Virus record (IMG/VR): IMGVR_UViG_3300038954_000089
Span: 1-58,938 of that record
Reading direction: 5' to 3' (one strand)
From: a virus
Lineage: Duplodnaviria > Caudoviricetes
DNA length: 58,938 bases
Shown here piece after piece: positions 1 to 8,890 of the stretch. The position numbers were made by a program, and so were the translations under genes. Position 1 is the stretch's first letter; each line of letters opens with the position of its first letter. The notes below the pieces were generated by a model. That model was not told the origin of the DNA, searched no databases, and was given only the letters and a program-made list of their open reading frames with translations.

Positions 1-127
1 CAGGGGGATCGGCGGCAGTGAAATATAGCCTTTCACCCGTTGCTGATATCCAGGCTGGAACGGCGAACTGGATCACTAAAGAGACCGGGAAAACATCCGC
101 CGGTTCAACATCCATATACGGCCCGGT
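1..127. repeat. Terminal direct repeat (assembly overlap), copy 1
   Basis: Identical to 58812-58938; an ORF reads continuously across the junction. Confidence 0.97.
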
Positions 128-185
128 AACAGGCGTCCGACTTGAAGCAACGAGCGCGGCGGTAATTTTCGAGGTGGTGATATGA
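1..185 (+). CDS. 3' part of a ~104 aa virion-associated protein spanning the circular junction (starts at 58682)
   Basis: Manual translation ...SGGSAAVKYSLSPVADIQAGTANW...GPVTGVRLEATSAAVIFEVVI*; TGA overlaps the next ATG (ATGA). Confidence 0.8.
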   Translation, partial: GGSAAVKYSLSPVADIQAGTANWITKETGKTSAGSTSIYGPVTGVRLEATSAAVIFEVVI

Positions 186-1684
186 AAAATGTAATCGTCC
201 TCATCATTCTTTTGCTTGCATCTTCCGCGTTTGCTCAGTTTGGGCCGACGTTTGAGTCTGAAGGTAGCGGCAGCGGCGTTCCCGACGGTACGGCTGACGG
301 GCAGGTGCTTACATGGGATTTGGCCGGGGATTCCACTTCGTGGGTTAGCCCGATTCCGGTCTCTTCAGGAGGGACCGGGGCGACTACGGCAGCAGCGGCA
401 AGGACGAGCCTTGGCGTTCCGGTTGTCGCCGACGCCACCGCCGACGGCCAGCTACTCGTTGGCGCGGCGGATGGTTCGTGGGATGCGTCAGCCTATCTCA
501 CTATTAAGGAAACATCTTCTGCCTACACGAGTTTTTTCCAAGGCAGTGGTCTTATCTTTAGAGTTGGGCCGGTGTACGGCCTCTATGGTACAGGTCCGGG
601 AATCAAAACAAGAGAAGCAGCGACCCTGACTGAAGCTAATTTGCGGCATCGGTATGCTGAAAACTCCGGTCTCGGCGGGTTAGAAGATAAGCCTACGATT
701 GTTGCAAACGGTAAAACCGGGATGACAGTAGATGGCTCCGGTACCTACCCCACCACCACCATCTTCGGCGGCGCGGCCTCCGGGGCGGTTGGAACCGCCC
801 TTACCGTCGAAAACCCCGAAACCGGCGCGGATGGCGGCGGGGTAGGCATTGATTTCGTCCACGACGACGCCCTCGATTCGCCGCATACTTTGGCGCAGAT
901 TCAGGCGTCGTGGCTGAATGAGCCAGGGACAACGGAGGTAGCGTGGAGCGGGGCGAATCGGTATGATTTTGGCGGGGACATATTTCTATATCCCTCAATA
1001 AACCCCTATATTATCCTCTTAAAAAACTCCGTATCCTCCAATGCGGAGATACAATTCAAAACGACTGCGGGGGGAACGGACTGGCACATCGGATCGGCTG
1101 ACGGCACACCCGCCTGGAGTGATGGGGAATCTTTTTTCATTGGGATGGGATCGTCGACTAACACCACGCCTTCGGTCGTGGTGGATAAGAATGGTAATGT
1201 CGGCATAAACACCACCGCCCCCGGCCGCAAGCTCGACGTTTTAGACGCCTCCAACCCCCAAATCCGCGCCTCATACGACGCGACAACCTACGCCGAGTTT
1301 CAGGCGGATGCGTCGGGTGATACGCAGTACACCAACACTGGGACCAAACATGTTTTTGATGGCTTTGTAACTGATACCGTAGACGCCCGCACAATAGCAG
1401 ACACCGGCGACGCGAATGCCGGAACATTAACTCTCACACCAACAACCGGATACGTCGAACTGACGTGTAATGACTCCAACGGTTGCGATATTACGATGGG
1501 AGAAACTGGCATGGCGCAGGGGATGAAAATTGAGATTATCAATGTGTCGGCAAACTCCTGTAATTTCGCCGATACAGCCGGGGTGTCTGAGACATCTGGC
1601 GTGGTTAATTTAGGGCAATATGATGTTATTGCGTTCCGTTATATTTCAGACCGATGGGTTGAACGCGGTCAAATAAACAATTAG
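182..1684 (+). CDS. Tail fibre/virion appendage-like protein with N-terminal signal peptide
   Basis: GGTGATTAAAARTSLG and GNVGINTTAPGRKLDV fibre-type motifs; G/T/S-rich; starts MKNVIVLIILLLASSAFA. Confidence 0.65.
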   Translation: MKNVIVLIILLLASSAFAQFGPTFESEGSGSGVPDGTADGQVLTWDLAGDSTSWVSPIPVSSGGTGATTAAAARTSLGVPVVADATADGQLLVGAADGSWDASAYLTIKETSSAYTSFFQGSGLIFRVGPVYGLYGTGPGIKTREAATLTEANLRHRYAENSGLGGLEDKPTIVANGKTGMTVDGSGTYPTTTIFGGAASGAVGTALTVENPETGADGGGVGIDFVHDDALDSPHTLAQIQASWLNEPGTTEVAWSGANRYDFGGDIFLYPSINPYIILLKNSVSSNAEIQFKTTAGGTDWHIGSADGTPAWSDGESFFIGMGSSTNTTPSVVVDKNGNVGINTTAPGRKLDVLDASNPQIRASYDATTYAEFQADASGDTQYTNTGTKHVFDGFVTDTVDARTIADTGDANAGTLTLTPTTGYVELTCNDSNGCDITMGETGMAQGMKIEIINVSANSCNFADTAGVSETSGVVNLGQYDVIAFRYISDRWVERGQINN

Positions 1685-1698
1685 TAGGAGGATTTAAG

Positions 1699-2046
1699 AT
1701 GAAAAAGATGTTTGCAGTTTTGATGATTTTGGCAATGGTTCTTATGTCCGGTTCGGCTATGGCGCAGGACACACGGAAAGAACAGTGTCTTGATAAAATC
1801 CAGATCGTTTCGACTGAATTTGTCGAGGTGATTCAGAAACTTGAAGAGATGCGCGATATTTGGAATGATGAACAATACGGACCGGCTGCGGCGGATGAAA
1901 TTACGGCTCAAGACGTGACTGATGCGGGGTACACTGATATATCTGTCGCTGAATTCCAGAGCGCAATGGCGCAGATTTACGACATCCTCGATAACTGGCA
2001 GACGGCCGCCAAAATGGCCGAACTGCGGAAGGTTGCGAGGTATTAA
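1699..2046 (+). CDS. Exported hypothetical protein
   Basis: Strong SD (AGGAGG); signal peptide ending AMA. Confidence 0.75.
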   Translation: MKKMFAVLMILAMVLMSGSAMAQDTRKEQCLDKIQIVSTEFVEVIQKLEEMRDIWNDEQYGPAAADEITAQDVTDAGYTDISVAEFQSAMAQIYDILDNWQTAAKMAELRKVARY

Positions 2047-2399
2047 TGAAGGCATTGCATATCCTTGCTATCGCTTTGGCACTGGCTGGATGCGCCCACA
2101 TGGAACAACCAGCTTTCAGGGTCTCCTGTGAGCCGGAGGCTCTCGCCATCGCGACAGAAGCGAGTCGGCACCTTGACAGCCCAATCCGTGTTCAGGCCGG
2201 GCCATCGGTCTGGTCAGATAAGGGCCATGCCGAAGCCGCGACAATGATCGATGGCGAGTGGTTCCCGTTGGTTAAAACCACGACCCGTTATGACGGCGTG
2301 GGCCTTGTCATGGTCGGAGAAAAATGGGAATCAGGCATTGAGGCAGTCAAGCAAACATGGACGCTTGATGAGTATCATCTCTATCTAATGACGAAATAA
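2046..2399 (+). CDS. Putative lipoprotein, possibly transglutaminase-like Cys/His peptidase fold
   Basis: Lipobox LAGC; SCEPEALAIA and GHAEA motifs. Confidence 0.6.
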   Translation: MKALHILAIALALAGCAHMEQPAFRVSCEPEALAIATEASRHLDSPIRVQAGPSVWSDKGHAEAATMIDGEWFPLVKTTTRYDGVGLVMVGEKWESGIEAVKQTWTLDEYHLYLMTK

Positions 2400-2434
2400 T
2401 CAAATTTACAAGTGGTTCGGATAGGAGAGCATCG

Positions 2435-2893
2435 ATGAAGTACACATTGGCAGTAGCTATTGTAGTGTTCGCGGCACTATTGTTTGCGGGGCAAGCATTT
2501 CCAGCAGGTCCAAAGCAAGACGTTTCCCTCACACTTGCATGGGATTATCCAGCCGAAGGCATAGCGGATGTGTCTTCGTGGGTGTTCTATCGCGCCTTCC
2601 CCGGTACTGAAGATGAAACGGCTTGTGAAGGACTCGAAGGTGCCGTTTGGCACATCGAAGATGCCGTATGTTTGCCGTTTGAAAAGTTTCTTGAGCTTCA
2701 GAAGGAACAGGACAGCACGACATACACACAGGAAGTCGATTTCTCCGACTTTACAGGAGGCGTCGTCTACATCACAATGACGGCCCGTGGAAATGGCGGG
2801 CTACAGAGTGATTATAGCAACATCGTTTCCAAAGACCTTACGTTGCCGGCTGCCCCGGTAATCAACACATTGACATTAGTTGACAATAAGTGA
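2435..2893 (+). CDS. Exported Ig/fibronectin type III-like protein
   Basis: Signal peptide; LTLAWD...YITMTA...SDYSN pattern typical of Fn3. Confidence 0.6.
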   Translation: MKYTLAVAIVVFAALLFAGQAFPAGPKQDVSLTLAWDYPAEGIADVSSWVFYRAFPGTEDETACEGLEGAVWHIEDAVCLPFEKFLELQKEQDSTTYTQEVDFSDFTGGVVYITMTARGNGGLQSDYSNIVSKDLTLPAAPVINTLTLVDNK

Positions 2894-2899
2894 GGACGT

Positions 2900-3061
2900 A
2901 TGGAATTTATAATTCAAAACTGGGAGTGGTTCCTTTTCGGTTTCATGGTTACCGAGAAGATCGTCAAAATTACACCCGTCAAGTGGGACGATATCATTGT
3001 TGACGGCATCAAGGAGGCGGCCGGTAAAATCGCCGCAAGAAAGGGATTGAAAAATGGGTAA
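2900..3061 (+). CDS. Small membrane protein, holin-like (53 aa; not in ORF track)
   Basis: MEFIIQNWEWFLFGFMVTEKIVKITPVKWDDIIVDGIK...; SD GAGG. Confidence 0.6.
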   Translation: MEFIIQNWEWFLFGFMVTEKIVKITPVKWDDIIVDGIKEAAGKIAARKGLKNG

Positions 3062-4082
3062 AAAGTTAGTCCAGATGGAAGCGGCGCGGACGCTTAAGTC
3101 CAAAAGTGAAATGACCGACAGTGGGGACAAAACCGTTTTTACGCTTTCCGGTGTGACGGTCGTCTCTGGAAAGTCCGGTTATGCCCCGGAGGTGTTGCCG
3201 GATGGTGTGCTCGATACGCAGACAATCGGAAGCCCCGGCAGTTCCAACAATGTGCTGAACATTGCAGCGTTCACGGCGCAGCTCGCCGGGGAAACATACA
3301 GCGTTTCAGCCACAACCGTTGACTTGTCGTCAGTAAGGCCGGAAACTGACGTTGCCAAGTGGGTTTCGATCCAACTCGACAGCGACGGATCGACTATCAA
3401 TACTGTGGAAGGCACTGATAGCGCAGATACGTCCTATTTGACCACTCGCGGGACATCGGCCGGGCAGATCCCCTACGTTGTGGATGGTGATATCGAGCTA
3501 TGTTGCGTGCTCTTCACATCCTCGACCGATGCGGTTCTTACCGAATCGCAGATCTATCAGACTGCCAACACATACCAGGACCGTGTGTATTATCCGATTG
3601 TGAAAACCATCTCGAACCTGGGCATGGGCAACAAGGCGCCGGTTTCTGGGAAAAAGAATTTTTACGTGGAATTCAATGCCGCGCTTGAAGCGAAATGCAC
3701 AGGCGACACGACAAAAAACGTCTATGTGACCGCTTACTCCGTGACGACTTTTTCCGACATTTCAAGGACCTACGATTTCGTACCCAATACCCAGTCTTAC
3801 GGACAGGGATCACGGGCCACATATGACGGCGCGGTGAGTTTCGAGACCGACCCTACATTGAATCAGGGCAGCTTTTCCGCCGTGGTAATTGATGGCATCA
3901 CGGATCAGATCGCGCAGGCTGAAGGAGAAACAATGACGTTTCGGTTTTATCCCGATGAGGATGAAAACCCCTACTACCTTCAGCAATCTAAGGTTGGGAT
4001 CACGCCGGCTTATCCGACCAGCGGGGCGAAAACGGTTTCCGTTACGCTTACCGGGGACGCTGCGGTCAAATTCTTTTCATAG
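3054..4082 (+). CDS. Major tail (tube) protein
   Basis: Position before chaperone and tape measure; beta-rich, T/S/D-rich, 342 aa. Confidence 0.7.
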   Translation: MGKKLVQMEAARTLKSKSEMTDSGDKTVFTLSGVTVVSGKSGYAPEVLPDGVLDTQTIGSPGSSNNVLNIAAFTAQLAGETYSVSATTVDLSSVRPETDVAKWVSIQLDSDGSTINTVEGTDSADTSYLTTRGTSAGQIPYVVDGDIELCCVLFTSSTDAVLTESQIYQTANTYQDRVYYPIVKTISNLGMGNKAPVSGKKNFYVEFNAALEAKCTGDTTKNVYVTAYSVTTFSDISRTYDFVPNTQSYGQGSRATYDGAVSFETDPTLNQGSFSAVVIDGITDQIAQAEGETMTFRFYPDEDENPYYLQQSKVGITPAYPTSGAKTVSVTLTGDAAVKFFS

Positions 4083-4090
4083 GAGCATAG

Positions 4091-4543
4091 ATGCCGAATC
4101 CTGAATGGCTAATCCAAACTGAATTCACGGCGCGGACGAAAGAATTCGACGCGCCAAAAAACCTTACAGGTATGTTCACGGACGGGGAAGAGAAGGTTTT
4201 CCGCGTCCGTGGGCTTACCCTAAATGAAATATGCCGACGTGATGAGGAAGTAACGGCGATCAGAACGGATCATTTTAAGAACCTGATTGCCCGCGCTTTT
4301 GACACCGGGGAGGGCGGCGGACTTGCGGTGGCAGATGAAGCACTTGCCTATTACTTCGGCGACGCAAAAAAGACCAGGGCCGTAACAGTCCATCACATCT
4401 CAAATTGCGTTCAGGGGTGTGAATATCCTGAATTGAAACGCAATCATTGGGTGAAAATCGGAACCATCGCGCCTAAGTTTGTTGAAAAACTTTCCAATGC
4501 TATCGAAAACATGACCGGTGAGGGCGCCCAACCGGGGGAATAG
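4091..4543 (+). CDS. Tail assembly chaperone (gpG-like)
   Basis: Between tube and tape measure; ends in slippery G GGG GAA then TAG. Confidence 0.8.
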   Translation: MPNPEWLIQTEFTARTKEFDAPKNLTGMFTDGEEKVFRVRGLTLNEICRRDEEVTAIRTDHFKNLIARAFDTGEGGGLAVADEALAYYFGDAKKTRAVTVHHISNCVQGCEYPELKRNHWVKIGTIAPKFVEKLSNAIENMTGEGAQPGE

Positions 4544-4743
4544 ATCGCCTCTGGAACATCCCGGAAGTCCAGATGGCGCTCAACAACGGGGCAGAATACG
4601 GACAGTTTTCAGGCGGGTTTATAGGCGTCCGTCGTTATTTGTTTGAGGTCTTGCCCCAACATTTCCCATGGGGCAGGCTGACGCGCATTGAGATGGCCCT
4701 GTGGGGCCGGTTCGCAGAGATGAGAAAGAATTCAAATGGATGA
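4534..4743 (+). CDS. Tail assembly chaperone -1 frameshift extension (gpGT-like)
   Basis: GGGGGAA at 4534-4540; -1 frame open GIDRLWNIPEVQMAL...RRYLFEVLPQHFPWGRLTRIEMALWGRF to TGA 4743. Confidence 0.75.
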   Translation, partial: GGIDRLWNIPEVQMALNNGAEYGQFSGGFIGVRRYLFEVLPQHFPWGRLTRIEMALWGRFAEMRKNSNG

Positions 4744-4894
4744 TGAAACCAAAAACGCCATATTGTCGCTGATCGATATTTTGCAGAAGGCTACCAGCAG
4801 CCAAAACAATCATCATTATCATTTCACGTTAGACGATGATGGCCGAAAAGAGCTGGAAGCGTTGAAAAGCAAATTGATTTTTTGGGATGAATAA
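4736..4894 (+). CDS. Small hypothetical protein (52 aa)
   Basis: Manual ORF MDDETKNAILSLIDILQK..., coupled to neighbours. Confidence 0.5.
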   Translation: MDDETKNAILSLIDILQKATSSQNNHHYHFTLDDDGRKELEALKSKLIFWDE

Positions 4895-5013
4895 TGTCCG
4901 AACAGATCAAGATAAAAATTGAAACTCCCGAGTTGCGCGGCCACCTTTATAGCATTCTAATCGAAGTGATGGACAAGATTAGAAGCGTTTTAAGTGAGAG
5001 GCAAAAGGAATAG
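4894..5013 (+). CDS. Small hypothetical protein (39 aa)
   Basis: MSEQIKIKIETPELRGHLYSILIEVMDKIRSVLSERQKE; TAATG coupling, stop abuts tape measure ATG. Confidence 0.5.
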   Translation: MSEQIKIKIETPELRGHLYSILIEVMDKIRSVLSERQKE

Positions 5014-7608
5014 ATGGCCGGCATTCAACGCACAATTGAAATTCTTTTCAGCGGGACCGATAACGTCTCCGGGGTCGCTGAATCCATAGGCGATAACCTA
5101 TCCGGGATCGGCGACGGGATACAGGACGCGACGCAGCCATTCGCCGATCTGACGGCGGCTATCGGCGTCGCTGAAGCAGCGTTTGCCGGGCTTGTGGGCG
5201 TGGCCATCGCGGGCAAGGCCGATATCGAAGACCTGGGGAAATCTATCCAGGCAACGCTCGGAATAACGGCGGATGAAGCGGCAGGTTTGGCCGATGAGGT
5301 TAAGGAAATATTCGCCGAAGGGTTTGACCTGGAGATATCGACAGAGGCCGTTACTTTCGCGTTTCAGCAGTTCCGGGATTCAGCGGAGGAGGATGTCGGG
5401 GCGATTGCATCCAGCGCAACAAAAATATCCCAGGCTTTCGGCGGCGATCTAAAGCAGACAATCGACGCGACCAAAACACTCACCGAGCAATTTGGCCTTA
5501 CAGGGAAAGAGGCGCTTGATTTCATAGCTTCCGGCTTTCAGTCTGGGCTTGACCGCTCCGGCGATTTCCTGGAAACGATCAACGAATACTCTACGCAGTT
5601 TAGTAGCGGCGGTGCGTCGGCCGAACAGTTTTTTTCGCTCCTGGATTCAGGGTTGCAAGGCGGGATACTCGGGACAGACCGCGCCGCAGATGCTTTCAAA
5701 GAGTTTCGTGTCCGAATCCAGGACGGATCGAAATCAACGAGAGAAGGTCTCGAAGCCATCGGAATTAACGCTGCCGACATGGCGGCGAAGTTTCAGAATG
5801 GGAGCATAACGGCGGCTGAAGCGTTTCAGATCGTCCTGAAGAATATTAATGAGACTGATGATCAAAGCAAAGCATTCCAGGCCGGTGTGGCTCTCCTTGG
5901 GACGCAGTTCGAGGATCTTGGCGACAAAGCAGCCAAGGGGTTGACGCTCGCCGGGACAGAGATGGAAGACCTGGCCGGATCGGCTGATCAGGTTGCCGAA
6001 AAGTTTGATACAATTGGCCAGGCTGCACAAGCGGCGTTCAATTCCATTCTTGCATCATTCGCCGATACTGATGCGCTGGATGGATTGTCAGACAAATTTG
6101 AAAAAATTTTTCAAAACATCGCGGAGAATTTCCCGAAGGCTCTGGAGGGTGTAGATTTCTCCGGGCTGAATGATGCGCTGGAAGACGTATTAAGCAACGC
6201 TGAAGGACTTATAAGCGACTTTTTCGGCGGGGTCGATCTGTCCACGCCGGAGGGGCTGGAGGCGGCAATACAGGCCATCGTGGACGCGCTCGAAGGATTC
6301 CAGGATATTGTCGGGGGCGTTATAGACGGGTTCGGGCCGTTAGTGGGATTTCTCGGTGATGCGTTAGATTATTTCAACGATTTGTCGCCGGAGGTCAAGG
6401 CCACTGCCGGCTTCATGCTCGCATTGGCGACGCAGGCGAATCTTGCGGCCGGGGCGTTATCCGGTATCGGCGGGGCTATCAGCGGAGCGGGGCAGGCGCT
6501 TGGTGGGCTTTCAACGGCGGGAAAAGCCGGTACCGCTGCTATCGGAAAACTTGCAACGGCTCTTGGACCGGCTGGCCTCGTGGTTGCCGCAGGGGCGGCC
6601 GGAGCGGCCATCGGGACCCTGATAAATCAAATCCCAGGCGTACAAGAGACGGTTCAAGGGGTAATCGCAGAAGTCGATAATTTTCTCGGTGGAGTGTTTT
6701 CGGCAGGGCCTACGCTTGACGAAATGGAGAAGATCGACAACGCTTTTTTCGCCGCAAAGCAACAGTTTCAGGAGACACAAAAAGCAGCCGAAGATACCAG
6801 CGAGGCAATTGCGAATGTTCCAGGTGAAAAAGAGGTCAACATTGCCACAAACACCGAGGAAGCACAGGCGAAGCTAAATCAACTCGGCGGTGACGTTGAC
6901 AGCCTGACAACCGATGAGTTTTTGCTGGCCATCGGAATCGATGACCAAGCAAGCAATGAAGTTAGACAGGCAAAAGAAGAGTTCCTGGCGCTTGATGGGA
7001 CGGTTGTTGAATTCGTCGGTAAGGCCGACACTGAAGATGCGAAAAAGGCGATTGAAGAACTTGTACCGCCAGACAAACGGCTTGAATTACAGGTTGAACT
7101 CGAAACCGCTCAGATCGAGGCCGACGCGGAGAGATTTGCCGCTCAAATGGAGGCGCTTCAATCGTCAGTTGAATGGGAAGCTAAACTTGATATTGCACAA
7201 GTTGAAGCGAATGCGCGGCAGGTAGAGGCCGCTTTCGAGTCAGTCAATACGACGATCCAAAGCACAGGAGACGTAATTTCAGAATCTCTCGGGCTGCTTG
7301 TCGGTCTGGGTGATGGCATCGGAAACGCGCTTGAAAAATTCGCGATTACAGAACAGATAAGAAAAGAAAATGAACTACGTGAACGGGCAATTAAATTACA
7401 GGAGAAATTGACGGAACAACAAATAGTAACAATGCGAGACCTGTCCGACAGGTTAAACTCGGATGATCCGATCAAATTGACGTTGAACACCGACAACCTA
7501 TCTCCAGCCCTTGAATTGGTTTGGGAGGAGATCCTCGAAGCATTGCAGGATCAGGCCGTGCTTGAGGGTGGTGATATGCTAGTTTCCATGTTGGGGTCGT
7601 CTTCATGA
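5014..7608 (+). CDS. Tape measure protein
   Basis: 864 aa A/G-rich helical protein; GLDRSGDFLETINEYS...TDRAADAFKEF minor-tail/TMP motif. Confidence 0.93.
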   Translation: MAGIQRTIEILFSGTDNVSGVAESIGDNLSGIGDGIQDATQPFADLTAAIGVAEAAFAGLVGVAIAGKADIEDLGKSIQATLGITADEAAGLADEVKEIFAEGFDLEISTEAVTFAFQQFRDSAEEDVGAIASSATKISQAFGGDLKQTIDATKTLTEQFGLTGKEALDFIASGFQSGLDRSGDFLETINEYSTQFSSGGASAEQFFSLLDSGLQGGILGTDRAADAFKEFRVRIQDGSKSTREGLEAIGINAADMAAKFQNGSITAAEAFQIVLKNINETDDQSKAFQAGVALLGTQFEDLGDKAAKGLTLAGTEMEDLAGSADQVAEKFDTIGQAAQAAFNSILASFADTDALDGLSDKFEKIFQNIAENFPKALEGVDFSGLNDALEDVLSNAEGLISDFFGGVDLSTPEGLEAAIQAIVDALEGFQDIVGGVIDGFGPLVGFLGDALDYFNDLSPEVKATAGFMLALATQANLAAGALSGIGGAISGAGQALGGLSTAGKAGTAAIGKLATALGPAGLVVAAGAAGAAIGTLINQIPGVQETVQGVIAEVDNFLGGVFSAGPTLDEMEKIDNAFFAAKQQFQETQKAAEDTSEAIANVPGEKEVNIATNTEEAQAKLNQLGGDVDSLTTDEFLLAIGIDDQASNEVRQAKEEFLALDGTVVEFVGKADTEDAKKAIEELVPPDKRLELQVELETAQIEADAERFAAQMEALQSSVEWEAKLDIAQVEANARQVEAAFESVNTTIQSTGDVISESLGLLVGLGDGIGNALEKFAITEQIRKENELRERAIKLQEKLTEQQIVTMRDLSDRLNSDDPIKLTLNTDNLSPALELVWEEILEALQDQAVLEGGDMLVSMLGSSS

Positions 7609-7946
7609 TAGTTATTTCTCCGATATCGCCGGGGCTTTCGTCGGTCACGTTCAAAAATGCCGATGCTTTTTTTGCCGATACGCAAACGGGGCGCGTTCAA
7701 AAAGTTATGACGCTCGACGGCGAAGTGTCAATAATGAACCACGGCGTTACGGAGGCAGATCGGACGTTTACAATTGAGGGCTGGCAGGATTCGACAGGTC
7801 AGGCGGCCGCGCGGGCGCTATATTCGGCGGGCGCTTATGTCGGCTTTTACTGCAACGACGGCGCGTATAAAGGCATGATCGAAACATTCAGAAACAATAA
7901 CGGAAAAGTGAAAATAACGATTCTCGCAAAGGAGAAAATTTCATAA
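7605..7946 (+). CDS. Distal tail-like protein
   Basis: Follows TMP; RVQKVMTLDG motif. Confidence 0.55.
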   Translation: MIVISPISPGLSSVTFKNADAFFADTQTGRVQKVMTLDGEVSIMNHGVTEADRTFTIEGWQDSTGQAAARALYSAGAYVGFYCNDGAYKGMIETFRNNNGKVKITILAKEKIS

Positions 7947-8890
7947 TGCAAGTTTTCGGAAATTACAAAACAACCCATATCCGAGATGGGGAAGTCCTTG
8001 GCATTTACGAAAAAACGAACCTGATACCAGACGCCGCGTTAAACGATATCCTGGATGTTGTGCTCGGAAATGGGACGCAAAAGACGGCGTGGTACCTCGC
8101 CCCGATGGACGTGAACCATACACCGGCAGCCGCCGATACATACGCGGATAGCTGCGGGACAGGGAACTATGAAAGCACGGATTACAGTGAAGCCAACCGG
8201 CAGACCTGGACGCCGGGGACGGTATCCGGCCAGAGCGTGGACAATTCCGCCTCAATCGCCGCGGTGACGATGCAGGGGAACGATACGGCCATCTATGGCT
8301 GGATGCTGGTATCGGACAATACGAAGGGGGACACGGCGGCATCCGGAGCCATTTTGGCGTCAATGGTGCTGTACGATACGGCTATTACAGGGATTGTAAA
8401 CGGCGACGAATTAAGATGTGAGTTGACCCTGACCGCGTCATCCTCACTAACATCCGGGGCGCTCGTGGTCAATGAAGGGCTTGACCATCTGTTGTCTTCA
8501 TATTTCGCCGGCGGCACACAAATCACAACTTGGTATCTTGCACCTATGGATACCGATCATACTCCGGCGGCGGCCGATACATACGCGGACAGTTGTGGTA
8601 CGGGCGCGTATGAGACGACCGACTATGATGAAGCAAACAGAGTAACCTGCCAATTTGGGAGCGCGTCAAGCCAAAGCATTGACAATAGCGCGAACAAGGC
8701 GACTTTTACGGCTGGAGGTACGGATACGACATGGTATGGTTACATGCTCGTTTCGGACAACACGAAAGGCGATACAGCGGCATCTGGCGCGGTCCTATAT
8801 GACATGGTGCTTTTTTCAGCCGCACGCACCGGGATAGGCGACGGCGATTCAATTAAAATCGAAGCAACGGCGACGATGGCGGCGGCGTAA
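7946..8890 (+). CDS. Tail protein made of two tandem homologous domains
   Basis: WYLAPMD..HTPAAADTYADSCGTG.YE.TDY.EANR and LVSDNTKGDTAASGA each occur twice. Confidence 0.8.
   Translation: MQVFGNYKTTHIRDGEVLGIYEKTNLIPDAALNDILDVVLGNGTQKTAWYLAPMDVNHTPAAADTYADSCGTGNYESTDYSEANRQTWTPGTVSGQSVDNSASIAAVTMQGNDTAIYGWMLVSDNTKGDTAASGAILASMVLYDTAITGIVNGDELRCELTLTASSSLTSGALVVNEGLDHLLSSYFAGGTQITTWYLAPMDTDHTPAAADTYADSCGTGAYETTDYDEANRVTCQFGSASSQSIDNSANKATFTAGGTDTTWYGYMLVSDNTKGDTAASGAVLYDMVLFSAARTGIGDGDSIKIEATATMAAA

Noticed and set aside
216-8526. Numerous alternative-frame and antisense ORFs over structural genes
   Set aside because: Shadow ORFs of GC-rich coding sequence with no motifs or ribosome binding sites
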